DNA of 64,000 bases from Octopus sinensis. Lineage: Eukaryota. The notes under the pieces are model-generated. The model made no database searches, was not told the DNA's origin, and worked only from the letters and a program-made list of their open reading frames with translations. The DNA is taken from NCBI RefSeq assembly GCF_006345805.1, contig NC_042997.1:20088001-20152000 (forward strand), read 5' to 3'. The translations under genes were made by a program, and so were the position numbers. Below, piece by piece: positions 28,561-40,889 of the stretch. Positions within the stretch are counted from its first letter, which is position 1. Each line of letters starts with the position of its first letter.

Positions 28561-29038
28561 ATTTCCATCGCTGCTATGGGTTGCACAGTTTAACAGGAGC
28601 TGTTAAGCCAGGTTCTGCATCAGGTTCCATAGTCTGTTTTGGTTAGGTTTCTACAGTTGCATGTCCTTCCTAATGCCACTAAACCAAGTTTAGTGCATGG
28701 CCATATGGTAAGAAGCTTGCTTCCCAACCATATAGTTCCATGAACTATATGGTTGGGAAGTGTCTTCTACTATAGCGTTGGGCCAACCAAAATCTTGTGA
28801 GTGGATTTGGTTGGCAGAAACTGAAAGAAGCCCATTGTGTGTATATAATATAATATATACATACATACATACATACATATATATATATATAAAAAGAGCA
28901 ATAAAGATTCAAGTTAATTTAAAAAAATTTACTTGATATGGGACCTAACTTAGATGCACCAAAAAAAACTATACTGATTTAACAATACAGTAATGTGGGT
29001 GATTATAAGCGAGAAAGAAGCAACAAGAATGGATAGGT

Positions 29039-29127
29039 TTTTAGTACGATCGTTTCATACAAGGACAGGTTTTATTAAAAGTTGCAAGATTACAGCATAA
29101 AACGAGTCCCGTACTCATCAGCTAAAA
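29039..29127 (-). ncRNA. Type I hammerhead ribozyme, core intact
   Basis: ttttag CUGAUGA [long helix II gtacgggac..gtccttgtat] GAAA C gauc G UA / cuaaaa. Helix I is 6 bp, helix III is palindromic (acgatcgt), and the cleavage triplet is GUA. Confidence 0.75.
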
Positions 29128-29310
29128 TACATGTAAGTTCTCTAGACATCCTAGTGTTTGAGGCTATACTCATGTAGTAATGTATAATAAACAGATTTCT
29201 AAAGTTCATCATCTTTAAAGAACTTTAATGAACTTTAGAATCTGTTTATTATCTACATTACTACATGAGTATAGCCTCAAACACTAGGATGTCTAGAGAA
29301 CTTACATGTA

Positions 29311-29400
29311 TTTTAGCTGATGAGTATGGGACTCGTTTATATGCTGTAATCTTTGCAACTTTTAATAAAACCTGTCCTTGTATGAACGATCGTACTAAAA
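29311..29400 (+). ncRNA. Mirror-copy hammerhead with 1-nt core deletion (GAAA to GAA)
   Basis: ttttagCTGATGA..gtatGAACgatcgTActaaaa. Confidence 0.6.
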
Positions 29401-29454
29401 ACCTATCCATTCTTGTTGCTTCTTTCTCGCGTATATATATATATATATATATAT

Positions 29455-29733
29455 ACATCGCATCGCCTTACTGACACCTGTGCCGGTGGCGTGTGTAAAA
29501 GATTCAAGCGAGGTCGTTGCCAGTACCACCTGACTGGCCCCATGCCGGTGGCACGTAAAAGCACCCACTACACTCTCGGAGTGGTTGGCGTTAGGAAGAG
29601 CATCGAGCTTTAGAAACTCTGCCAGATCAAGATTGAAGCCTGGTGCAGCCATCTGGTTCACCAGCCCTCAGTCATTCGTCCAACCCATGCTAGCATGGAA
29701 AGCAGATGTTAAACGATGATGATGATGATGATA

Positions 29734-29735
<2 letters not shown>
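29455..29735 (+). mobile_element. Family C copy
   Basis: Family C body ending gatgttaaacgatgatgatg. Confidence 0.85.
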
Positions 29736-29769
<34 letters not shown>

Positions 29770-29777
<8 letters not shown>

Positions 29778-30030
29778 TAAGTGTCTGCGTCTGTGCGTAA
29801 GTGTGTGTCTGTGTGTGTCTTACTGTTTGTCTTTGTTCCCCTCCCCAACACTACTTGACAACCAGTGTTGGTATGTTTAAGTCCTCATGACATAGCAGTT
29901 AGGCTAAAGAGACTGATAGATAAGTACGATGTTTAGAAATAGTTTGTGCTGGGGTCAATTTATTCATCTAAACTTCTTCAAGGCAGTGCCCTAGCATGAC
30001 CAGGGACTATTGACTGAAACAAGTAAATGC
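29770..30030 (+). mobile_element. SINE family A, 3' half
   Basis: cttgacaaccagtgttgg..gactgaaacaagtaaa. Confidence 0.7.
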
Positions 30031-30952
30031 TAGAAAATATGTATGAGTATGTGTGTGTGTCTGTTTGTGTATCTGTGTATGTGTGTGTATGTATATGCAT
30101 ACATATACACATATACTTACAAGTACATGTGTGTTTGTGTATGTGTGTGTGTTTGTGTGTGTGCATGGGCACATATTATAAAACATTTCTTGATCATTAT
30201 TTAGTTTTATTTAAAGGACAAGCTCATGATTACACTTTACCTAAAAGTCTGGTTTTGAAAGATATTTTCCACAAAAAGACAAAAGCAAATAAAAAAATAA
30301 AAAAAACTTTGAATGAAATTCAACCTCTAAATTGAATTATAATTAAGTTAACTTTCAAGCTACTCTATCATAACAATTAATCTTTATATGGCTTGAAAGA
30401 AGAACAACTGATGTACAATTCTTTTCTCAAAATTCAATAAATAGATGATTTTGTATAGGTCAACGGATAGATTCTCTTTTTGTTAGAGATGAAATTGCCT
30501 TCAGCATTTTCCTGTTGTTTAGTATATAAGAATATATTTCAATTTGTGAGCATCTATAGAAAACATATCATTTCTTGCTAACTGGTAGCCAAATAAACAA
30601 TGTTATTGATACAGTTTAGAGCATGATAAGTGTATTTTAATCTAAAAGTTTTGTGGTTGATAATAATTTTGTAAAAGCAACATCTGTGTTCAGAGCTATG
30701 TAATTTTAACAAGATCTTAGTATATTATTTTTAAAAAATCAATTTAATTATTATGCATAGATTATAGAAAGTTCTTTTTTCGTTTTTGTTTTTTCCTGTT
30801 TGTAAAGCAATTTATCAACTTTCTACATCTGTCTGCATGGTGCAGTTAACTGCTTAGCTAAGGGAAAAGATTTGTCCCAAACGATTTTTAACTGGCAGAT
30901 CTAAATACAGAATAATAAATTATTAGCAATGGCAACAGTATTAATACCAAAA

Positions 30953-31279
30953 AAAAACCGTACGATAAACGCTGTCCTTTTCAAGCCTAGCCAGACTCAT
31001 GAGCCTGGTTTCCCAGTTTCTGTGGTGTATGTCTTCCCCCCCCCCAGCTAGACGGAATGCCAGTCCATCGCAGCATTACTCAAGAAACAGGAAGAGAGAG
31101 TGAGAGAAAGTTGGGAGCGAAAGAGTACAACAGGGGTCACCACCACCCCTTGCCGGAGCCATGAAACCTTTAGGTGTTCTCGCTCAATAAACACACACAA
31201 CGCCCGGCCTGGGAATCGAAACCGCTATCCTCCAACCGCGAGTCCACTGCCCTAACCACTGGGCCATTGCACCTCCACA
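30953..31279 (-). mobile_element. tRNA-derived SINE family D with 14-bp TSD
   Basis: Head gtggaggtgcaatggcccagtggttagggcag..ggtttcgattccc, V-domain-like gcgatggactggcattccgtc. TSD tattaataccaaaa at 30939 and 31280. Confidence 0.85.
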
Positions 31280-32989
31280 TATTAATACCAAAAGTAATCT
31301 TTATATCCAGCTTAACATGAATGTCTTATCAGAACATCGAACACTGCATTACTAACCTTGAGAGATGAATGGACTCTGGTACCGTGTAGAAGTTCCTTTG
31401 TTCAGGTTGTAGAAAACTGTATATTCTTGATTACAAGAGGATGCTAAGGACGTTTATGCAGTAATACAAGATTGTGGAAGTGGATTCTAGCATAACGTGA
31501 AAATTGTTGATGAAAGAGGTAAATGATAGGAGTTATTAATAGATGAGTAAAGTAACAATATTAGAGTCAATGATGCAGGAGTTGCATAGTTCTAAAGTTA
31601 ACTTAATGAATTGAATGAAGATTGAACCTCAGTATATCATGCAAAGAAGTTCATTTTTCAGATCCATCTCAGTTTCTGTAGCTATACCACTAAATTGTTG
31701 ATAAAACACATCAGAGTTTAGATTGATATTGAGTTCAGTTACATGAGTGGGTAGAGTGATGCTAGGTTTAAGAGGTAATGTAGTTCAGCTTGATAGACAA
31801 GTGTAGTGGTTTCGAGTATAAGAGGTTGTCGTAAAATGGGTTCCTCCTACTAGTGTGATGTGTGACTGCTGTTGTACTGTAGTTGCTGCTTTACACTAGT
31901 TGCCACAATAGTTACTAGCTATCAGATACCATTGCATCTCTTTGTACCAGAATAGTAACGCATTAACTTCTTCTATCTTACTATCACTGATAGCTCTACA
32001 AGACACCAACAAGAACTGTCAACTGTCAACTCCTCAACTCTCAACCCTCTTATACCTATGTTCCTTGCCTGCGAGGAACCTAGCAGAACTTCCTCTCCTT
32101 CTTACTACTTGTGTGTGTGTGTGTGTATGTACCCTTGTTTAGACATCTTGTGTTGGTTATAAATAAGCATTATCATTATATCATTATACAAAAAAGTTGT
32201 TCTTTTCCAGTCTTCTGTGAAAAACCTGTCTTGCTATGGGAAAATATTATATTACCATGCTTGGAAACAGGCTGGGGTTGGCAACAAGAAGAGCATCAAG
32301 CTGAAGAAAATTTGCATCAAACAATTCTGTGTGACCCATGCAAGCACAAAAATATTGGATGGTAAATCATGATAATGGCACTCTAAGCATTACATTAGAC
32401 AGAAAATTGGATCACAGTGAACTATCAAAGCAATTCTCTGTATAAGTCTGTGTTTCAGATAACTACAGTATTGATATTGTTAGTGGTTTAGTGTCAATAT
32501 TTTGGCTACTGAGCTTCCATAGTAGTATAAACAAACCTAGTTAAATAATAGACAGCACATGTTTAATAAGAATAAAGCATTTGATTACCTGCTTTAATAA
32601 CCATCTTGAACAAAAATACCTAATTAAATTTTATATCTAATGTATTATTTTATGTGTCAGATTCCTCTTAATTTCCATGAATAATATTTTTTCTGAAGAT
32701 CTTGTTCTGAATTTTAAATGAATTATTTATACTATACTTAATCAAAATCATTTTCTAAATTCATGTTTCATTTGTATCAATAGTCTTTCTTCATAACTAT
32801 GTGTATATAATTGTTGTATATTTAATAAGTGATAGTTTTAATTTTGTAATGAAAACATTATAATTAAATTAGAGAAATTAGATATAACAAGGCATTAACA
32901 TAGAAAATTTCAACACAAAGAATAAGATATATATCAGACAGTATCTCAGAATCAAAATTTTAGTTCATATATATATATATGCATATATA

Positions 32990-33360
32990 GCTTGCTTACC
33001 AACCACATGGTTCTGGGTTCAGCCCCACTGCATGGCACCTTGAGCAAGTGTCTTCTGCTATAGCTTCAAGCCAACCAAAGCCTTGTGAGTGGATTTGGTA
33101 GTCAGAAACTAAAAGAAGCCCATCGTATATATATATATATGTATGTGTATGTGTGTTTGTATGTCTGTATTTGCCTCCCCACCATCGCTTGACAACCAAT
33201 GCTGGTGTGTTTACGTCCCCATCACTTAGTGGTTCAGCAAAAGAGACAGATAAAATAAGTACTAGGCTTACAGAGAATAAGTCCTGGGGTTGATTTGTTC
33301 GACAAAAGACAGTGTTCCAGCATGGCTGCAGCCAAATGACTGAAACATGTAAAAGAAAAA
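32990..33360 (+). mobile_element. SINE family A
   Basis: Family A body and tail; extreme 5' end missing. Confidence 0.8.
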
Positions 33361-33563
33361 AATATACATACACACATACATGCACACACATTTCTTTTAT
33401 ATGTTTCAGCCCAAAGACTGTAGCCATGCTGGAGCACTTCCATATATATATATATATATGTTGTTATACTTCAAGATGGTCATTCCCCCCCCCAAATAAA
33501 TACATGCGCTATATATTTGTTCTTCACTCATTTATTACTGTTATTATTCTAATTCATGTCCTT

Positions 33564-33609
33564 TGTTTGGAAATCTTTTGTCACACATTTATGACCTCCT
33601 CAGTGACAC
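33564..33609 (-). ncRNA. Minimal hammerhead, left arm, GAAA mutated to AAAA
   Basis: gtgtca CTGAGGA g gtcata-aatg-tgtgac AAAA gatttc caaaca. Confidence 0.45.
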
Positions 33610-33664
33610 ATGCGTGTGCTCTTGCTCTGAATAAGCAGAGCAAGAGCACATGCAAAGACAGAAA

Positions 33665-33710
33665 GTGTCACTGAGGAGGTCACAGATTTGTGATGAAAGA
33701 TTTCCAGACA
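33665..33710 (+). ncRNA. Minimal type I hammerhead, right arm
   Basis: gtgtca CTGAGGA g gtcaca-gatt-tgtgat GAAA gatttc cagaca; core boxes intact, helix I imperfect. Confidence 0.55.
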
Positions 33711-33737
33711 ATGGACATGAATTAGAATAAGAACAAT

Positions 33738-34123
33738 GGATGGAAGCACTCCGTTGGTTACGACAACGAGGGTTCCGGTTGATCCGATCAATGGAACAGC
33801 CTGCTCGTGAAATTAACGTGTAAGTGGCTGAGCATTCCACAGACACGTGTACCCTTAACGTAGTTCTCAGCGATATTCAGCATGACACAGAGAGTGACAA
33901 GGCCGGCCCTTTGAAATACAGGTACAATAGAAACAGGAAGTAAGAGTGAGAGAAAGTTGTGGTGAAAGAGTACAGCAGGGATCACCACCATCCCTGCCGG
34001 AGCCTCATGGAGCTTTAGGTGTTTTCGCTCAATAAACACTCACAACGCCCGGTCTGGGAATCGAGACCGCGATCCTACGACCGCGAGTCCGCTGCCCTAA
34101 CCACTGGGCCATTGCGCCTCCAC
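33738..34123 (-). mobile_element. Young chimeric SINE (family D head plus family I tail), 14-bp TSD
   Basis: TSD agaataagaacaat at 33724 and 34124; CpG-rich head; tail matches 52510-52680. Confidence 0.85.
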
Positions 34124-34321
34124 AGAATAAGAACAATAACAAACGAGTGAAGAACGAATATATAGTGTGTGTGTTTATCTGTCAAAAACCCCAAAAATGA
34201 CATCCAGAAATACAACCATATCTGTTTCAAAAAACGTCTTCACCTTAGGATTCTTGCAACAAAAATTCATTAATGTATATATTTAACATAATTAAGTGAG
34301 GATCAGAATGGAAATCGATCA

Positions 34322-34685
34322 ATGGAAATTGCAGATGTGTTACCAGTGCCGGTGGCATGTAAGAGAACTTTCCGTTTCGCGACCGTTGCCAGCACCGCCC
34401 CGTTTCGTGTCCATTGCCAGCCTCGCCTGGCCCTCGTGCCGGTGGCACATAAAAAGCACCATCCGTTCGTGGCCGTTTGCCAGCTCTGTCTGGCACCAGT
34501 GCGGGTGGCACGTAAAAAGCACCCACTACACTCACGGAGTGGTTGGCGTTAGGAAGGGCATCCAGCCGTAGAAACACTGCCAGATTTGACTGGGCCTGAT
34601 GAAGCCTTTTGGCTTCACAGACCCCAGTAGAACCGTCCAACCCATGCTAGCATGGAAAACGGACGCTAAATGATGATGATGATGA
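34322..34685 (+). mobile_element. Family C copy
   Basis: Repeat units plus (ATG)n tail. Confidence 0.85.
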
Positions 34686-34899
34686 ATATCATCATCATTT
34701 ATCATCCATCTATACTGGCATGTGTAGGATGGTTTGACAGAATTCAATAAGCCACAAGACTGCATCATGTTTCAAACTTTTGGCATGACTTCTATGACTG
34801 AATGTCCTATCTAATGCCAGTGTCTTCACAAAGTGATCTAGGTGCCCTTTTTATAGCATCTAGTGAGATTGTCTTGCAACTTGAACAACTAAAGGCCTA

Positions 34900-35250
34900 A
34901 ATCGCCCCTATAATTGATAAGTGTAAAAGCAAGAGGAAGCAATGACCCAAGGCAAGGTGAAGAGGGAGATTTGAGTAAGTTCAGAGGAATAGATTTATGG
35001 TTGTGAGAGTGTTTGAATGGAAATAGTAAAAGAGAGGACCCTACTGGAGGAGGTAGTGTAGCAGAGAATAGGAGAAAGGGAGGTGATTAGTGTCAGAGTT
35101 TAACACACTCACAGACATATCATGGCTTTAAAACTTTACCCTTGTGTCAAGATATGATTTGCCATAGATGGATGGGTTTCTGCAGCATCGTGTATTGTTA
35201 GTGCATTGTTAGTTTCAATCATTTGAGCACGACTGATTGTCTTCTATAAT
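34900..35250 (-). mobile_element. Possible highly decayed PLE GIY-YIG 3' fragment
   Basis: Minus strand ..KTISRAQMIE..TIHDAAETHPSMANHILTQG*SF loosely fits YIGKT..PVA.HF..GHS. Confidence 0.25.
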
Positions 35251-35310
35251 GGGGTATCTCTGGATCTCAGGACCTCATCTGTGAACTATATACATACATT
35301 TATACATATA

Positions 35311-35343
<33 letters not shown>

Positions 35344-35393
35344 TGTATGTATGTATGTATGTATGTATATATATATATATATATATATAAATA

Positions 35394-35641
35394 CAGTGTA
35401 CATTTAAACACATAAGAGGTGACCATCATAGGACACCTGGCATGCTAGAAGGAACAGCCAAAATCCAAACTTATTTGCTAATATAGAGCTAGAAACCATG
35501 GTCCAGGAGATAGATGGTAAATGTTTTTAGTTTTCATTCCCTTCAAGATTTGTCTCTAATAGTGGTTTGAATTTTGGCTGTTCCTTCTAGCATGCTATGT
35601 GTCCTATGATGGTTACCTCTTATGTGTTTAAATGTACACTG
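35394..35641. mobile_element. Tc1-like MITE, about 80-bp TIRs, TA target duplication
   Basis: TA-CAGTGtacatttaaacacataagagg...cctcttatgtgtttaaatgtaCACTG-TA. Confidence 0.85.
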
Positions 35642-35851
35642 TATTTATATGAATAATATATAGTCTATTGACTAGTTTTCTTTCTACATGCTAGGCCACT
35701 AGTAGTAAAAAATTTCTAAACTTTTTCTTACCCTGATATTTATTAATTATTATATATATATATATATATATATGCCATAAAGTTGAACCCTTTACAGATA
35801 GGAAACCCAGGGTAACTCCATAAACTGACCTGCATCAGATAAAAGGATATG

Positions 35852-35895
<44 letters not shown>

Positions 35896-35998
35896 AATAG
35901 CAGCCAAATAAGTTTTTTAGCCTTTTCCACTACTTAAAGAAAATTTTCTCTCAGACAATGTTTACTCAAAAAAATAATGGTCCTTTTACATACTGAAT

Positions 35999-36044
35999 AC
36001 TTGGTAAATTGATTAATAACTAATAACTTTACCCTCAATTGTTG

Positions 36045-36099
<55 letters not shown>

Positions 36100-36205
36100 T
36101 ATATATATATATATATTATATATAATATTATATATTATATATCTATGTATATAATTTCAACAATTGAGGGCAAAATTAATTAATTATTAATCAATTTCAC
36201 CAAGT
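35999..36205. mobile_element. MITE-like element: about 47-bp inverted repeats around a (TA)n core
   Basis: acttggtaaattgattaata..ccctcaattgttga versus tcaacaattgaggg..tattaatcaatttcaccaagt. Confidence 0.7.
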
Positions 36206-36359
36206 GATAATGTATATATGTGTATGTATGTGTATGTGTGGTGTGTATATATATATGTATATATGTGCGTGTGTATATATATATATATATATATTTATTT
36301 ATATATATATATATGTGTATATATATATATATGTATATGTGTGTATATGTATGTGTATG

Positions 36360-36402
<43 letters not shown>

Positions 36403-36531
36403 TGTACGCGAGTATGTCGATGTATATGTAGGTATGTAGAGTTATGTGTATGTGCATGTATGTGTGTGTATATACAGATTGTAGATGGGTATATATGTAT
36501 GTGTGTATGTGTGCACATGTATATGTGTATA

Positions 36532-36592
<61 letters not shown>

Positions 36593-36900
36593 GTATATGT
36601 GGGTATGTAGAGTTATACGTATGTGCATGTGTATATGTATATGTATATGTGTATGTATATATATATGTATGTGTATGTGTATGTATGTACATATATGTGT
36701 GTGTGTGTGTATGTGTGTATGTATATATATATGTATGTGCGTGTATGTATATATGTGTGTGTATGTATATATGTGTGTGTATATATATGTATATATATAT
36801 ATATATATATAGATATTATATGTGAATATGTGTGTGTATGTTACATGTGTGTATGTGTGTATGTGTATGTGTGTATGTATATGTATATAATATATATATG

Positions 36901-36940
<40 letters not shown>

Positions 36941-37034
36941 ATGTATATGCATGTATTGTGTATGTGCGTGTATGTGTATATGTGTATGTATGTGTGTGTG
37001 TATATATGTATATGTATGTATGTATGTGTATGTA

Positions 37035-37066
<32 letters not shown>

Positions 37067-37828
37067 GTATGTATGTATATGTATATGGTGTATGTGTATG
37101 TATTTGTATGTGTATGCATGCGCGTATATATATGTATGTATATGTATACGTGTGTGTGTGTTTGTTGTATATATGTATGTATGGGTGTATGTATGTATGT
37201 ATGTATGCGGATGTGTGTATATATATATGTATATGTATATATATGTATATATGTGTATATATATATATTATGTATATATATATATATATATGTTGTGTGT
37301 GTATATGTGTATGTATATATATATATGTGTGTATATATATGTATGTATGTATTTGTATGTAGGTGTATATGTATGTGTGTATATATATTTGGTGTATATG
37401 TATAGACTAGTCTTCTAAGATTGTAGACATGAATCTGTAGGTACGCGTATGTATGTGTATATACGTGTATGTATGTAGATGTATGTATGTATGAATTAAC
37501 GCGTGCGTGCGTGTATGTGTATGAGTGTACGAATGAGAGTGTGTGTGCGTGCTAATGAGTGTGCGTGCGTGAGTGAGTGCTTGTGCTCAAGTAGAAAGAT
37601 AAAAGGGACTAGCCAGATGTTTGTGACCAGCGGTCAAAGATAACAAAAGTAATAAATGAAGATAATAAAATTAAAATTAGGGAATGGGTTTGTAATTGTT
37701 GTATATATGTGTGTATGTGTAGGTATGAATAGGTACACATATGTATGTATGTATGTGTATATATAAGTGTATGTGTGTGTGTGTTTATACATACATATAT
37801 GTGTATGAATGGTTAGACATATGTAATG

Positions 37829-37860
<32 letters not shown>

Positions 37861-38170
37861 GTGTGTGTGTGTGTATACATACATATATGTGTATATGTAT
37901 ATAGAGTATATAGGGACTTGTGTGTTGTGTGTGCATGTGTGTATGTGGATATATGTGTGTGTATGTGTATGTGTGGTCGTGTGTGTGTATATATACATGT
38001 GTGTGTGTATATGTTATGCATGTATATGTGTATGTATGTAATTTATATGTATATAATATATATATGGATATATATATGTAGATATATGTATGTATATGTT
38101 GTGTGGTGTATATTATATATATATATATGGGTGTGTGTGTATGTATGTGTGTATGTATATTGTGTGTGTT
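36206..38170. repeat. About 2-kb compound (TA)/(TG)/(ATGT) microsatellite block
   Basis: Almost continuous alternating purine-pyrimidine sequence, with a short less repetitive stretch near 37400-37700. Confidence 0.95.
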
Positions 38171-38269
38171 GAGAATTCCTTATTTACCTAAAACTCTATT
38201 CTTCTATATAATTTTATATTTTTTTATTTTTTTATTCTTTTTTTATTCTTTTATTATTCTTCTATTCTA

Positions 38270-38536
38270 TCTAATTTACCACTGACTCCTTGACCCCTCC
38301 CCCAAGTATGATTTTTTTGCGCTATGCCTACCCCCAAAAGTCCCCCACCACCACCCTATAAACCTGCTAAATGTATAAATGCCAATACAATTCTTGTTAA
38401 CTAGCTTCCTGAAGATTTCTCTTGAATGAAACAGTTCTAGTCCGTAGAAGCTCCTTCTATATAATAAATTATTTTACTCTGCTAGTATTGAGTGTAACCT
38501 TATTTACTGTGGTTAACCCCGAATCAACCCGGGACC

Positions 38537-38581
<45 letters not shown>

Positions 38582-38890
38582 CTGTATGTATATTGTTATG
38601 ACAGGGGTATACATGTCTGGTGTAAAATGGTGTTACACAGATAAATATTTGGTAGTGGTTATCTAAAACTAACCTATCGAAGGAATATATGTTGATGCAG
38701 AGTGCACTCTGTACTACTTACATGTAGGTACAATTCTCAGTATTCACCGTGTAACTACTGACTGTTAAACCAACACCCATCGAGCTAAATCTATTAACCA
38801 GCATGATCAAACTAACACCATCAACTACTCTCAGCTGACAATTTACTCAGTTCTTATCTATTGTAATTGGTTAATCCACCTTCAGTCACA
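38270..38890 (+). mobile_element. Probable PLE pLTR followed by decayed 5' ORF
   Basis: Contains a hammerhead, aataaa downstream, and TVKPTPIELNLLTSMIKLTPST resembling the PLE N-terminal LT..E..LL..G.KF.PTP motif. Confidence 0.4.
38403..38452 (+). ncRNA. Type I hammerhead ribozyme
   Basis: agcttc CTGAAGA tttc-tctt-gaat GAAA C agttctagtcc G TA / gaagct. Helix I is a perfect 6 bp; cleavage triplet GUA; U.U at the base of helix II. Confidence 0.6.
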
Positions 38891-39021
38891 TGGGGGTGTT
38901 CAGGATTCTCCTATAACATATATGTATGTATATATATGTGTGTGTGTATGTGTGTGTGTGTGCGCGCGTGTGTGTGTGTATATATATGTGTGTGTGTTTC
39001 TGAGTGTGTGTGTTTCTGTGT

Positions 39022-39073
<52 letters not shown>

Positions 39074-39690
39074 ATGTATATATGTATTGATGATACATTC
39101 CACTTCTCTAATTCATATATATAGGAAGATAACTCTCTCTATATGTGTGTGTGTGCATGTGTGTGTCTGTCTGTGTCTGTGTTTGTGTCTGTGTGTATAT
39201 TATATATATATATATATTGATACAGAGACATAAACAATTGAAGACTTATAGCCTTTTATATATCATAGTGATTTTATGTTTGAGTGTGAAGTCAAATATT
39301 AAAATACCAAACAATATATAATACTCATGGATGTTTTCCTTTAAATAGAATCAATATTGCTGAAGGGCATTTTTGTCACTTCAGCTAAATTGGCAACAAG
39401 CCCCAAATTTCTAGGTTTGGATATCTGTTGAAAACATCTTCAGATTTATACCCCAAGGGTAGGAAAAGAATTTTCATTAATTGCTTTTGGCTACATGGGT
39501 ACAGAGTAAGTTATGAAGAAAAGCTGAAAAACATTAGAATAATTCAAGATCTGCCTATTGCAAAATCTTCTAACCTACCTTTCTTATACCCTGGATATAA
39601 CTTTTATATTTTTCTTTTATTTCTTTTCTGTATTATCATATTCATTTTCTGATATATATGGGAATATTTCATAACAGGCAAAAGCCAAAT

Positions 39691-39770
<80 letters not shown>

Positions 39771-40169
39771 ATCAATAGAAAAACATGAGTTTTATTGAAT
39801 GAAAAGAAATATTTGCAACAATGAAGTCAGACAATAGTTTACAATTTATGCAGAGCAGATAGCATGAACTTTTAACAAAAGAAATATTCATGGTTTTATA
39901 ATGAAATATATTCTCCCCCTTTTGCTCTTTATCATCATCATCATCATTATTTTATGAGCTTTTTTTATGTTGCTATGGGTTTGATGTGGCTTCTTGAGGA
40001 AGTATTTTATAGCTGGATACCCTTTCTGTTGCCAACCCTTTGTTTGTTTTTTTATTTTAAGTGAGTTGCTTTAGTCCATGCATTTGCAGGCCAGACATTT
40101 TATTTATAGGAGACTTATACCAGTTGCACATACTGAAGCAATGTTAATATAAAAATATGTGGAGATAGA

Positions 40170-40693
40170 TATACACACACAAACACAAACACACACACAA
40201 GCAAACACACACACACACACACAAATACAAACACACACACACACACACCACACACACACAAACACAAACACACACACACACACACCACAAATACAAACAC
40301 ACACACACCACACACACACACAAATACAAACACACAACACCACCACCACACACCAAATACAAACACACACACACACACACACACACAAATACAAAAACAC
40401 ACACACACTCAAACAAACACACAATACAAACACACACACAAACAAAACACACCACACACACACAACACACACACACACACACTACAAACACAAATAACAA
40501 CAAACACCCACCCACACAACACAACACAAATACAAACACACACACACACACAACCAAACACACACACACACACACACCACACACCACACACACAAATACA
40601 AACACACACACACACAAACAAACACACAAACACAAACACACACACAAACAAACACACACACGCACACAAACACAAACAAACACACACACACAA

Positions 40694-40724
<31 letters not shown>

Positions 40725-40865
40725 AACAAACACACAAACACAAACACACACACACACAAACACACACGCACACAAACACAAACACACACACACACAAACA
40801 AACACACACACATACAAACACACACACACACACAAACAAACACACAAACACAAACATACACACAC
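40170..40865. repeat. About 700-bp compound (CA)/(CAAA) microsatellite
   Basis: Direct reading; nearly free of G and T on the + strand. Confidence 0.95.
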
Positions 40866-40889
40866 ACAGATATAAATGTAGTAGAAATC

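Larger units (their letters stand above)
29009..29430. repeat. About 420-bp near-perfect inverted repeat (about 200-bp arms, about 20-nt loop)
   Basis: gcgagaaagaagcaacaagaatgg... versus ...ccattcttgttgcttctttctcgc; about six differences counted by eye. Confidence 0.95.
33460..34220. mobile_element. Head-to-head inverted pair of PLE-like pLTR units (family J), right arm interrupted by a SINE
   Basis: Hairpin centred on ctctg-aataag-cagag (about 33630). The arms keep pairing once 33738-34137 is removed. A single-arm homologue lies at 42560-42740. Confidence 0.7.

Noticed and set aside
34594-34620. ctgatgaagcc-tttt-ggcttca hairpin
   Set aside because: A mutated part of family C; no GAAA box.
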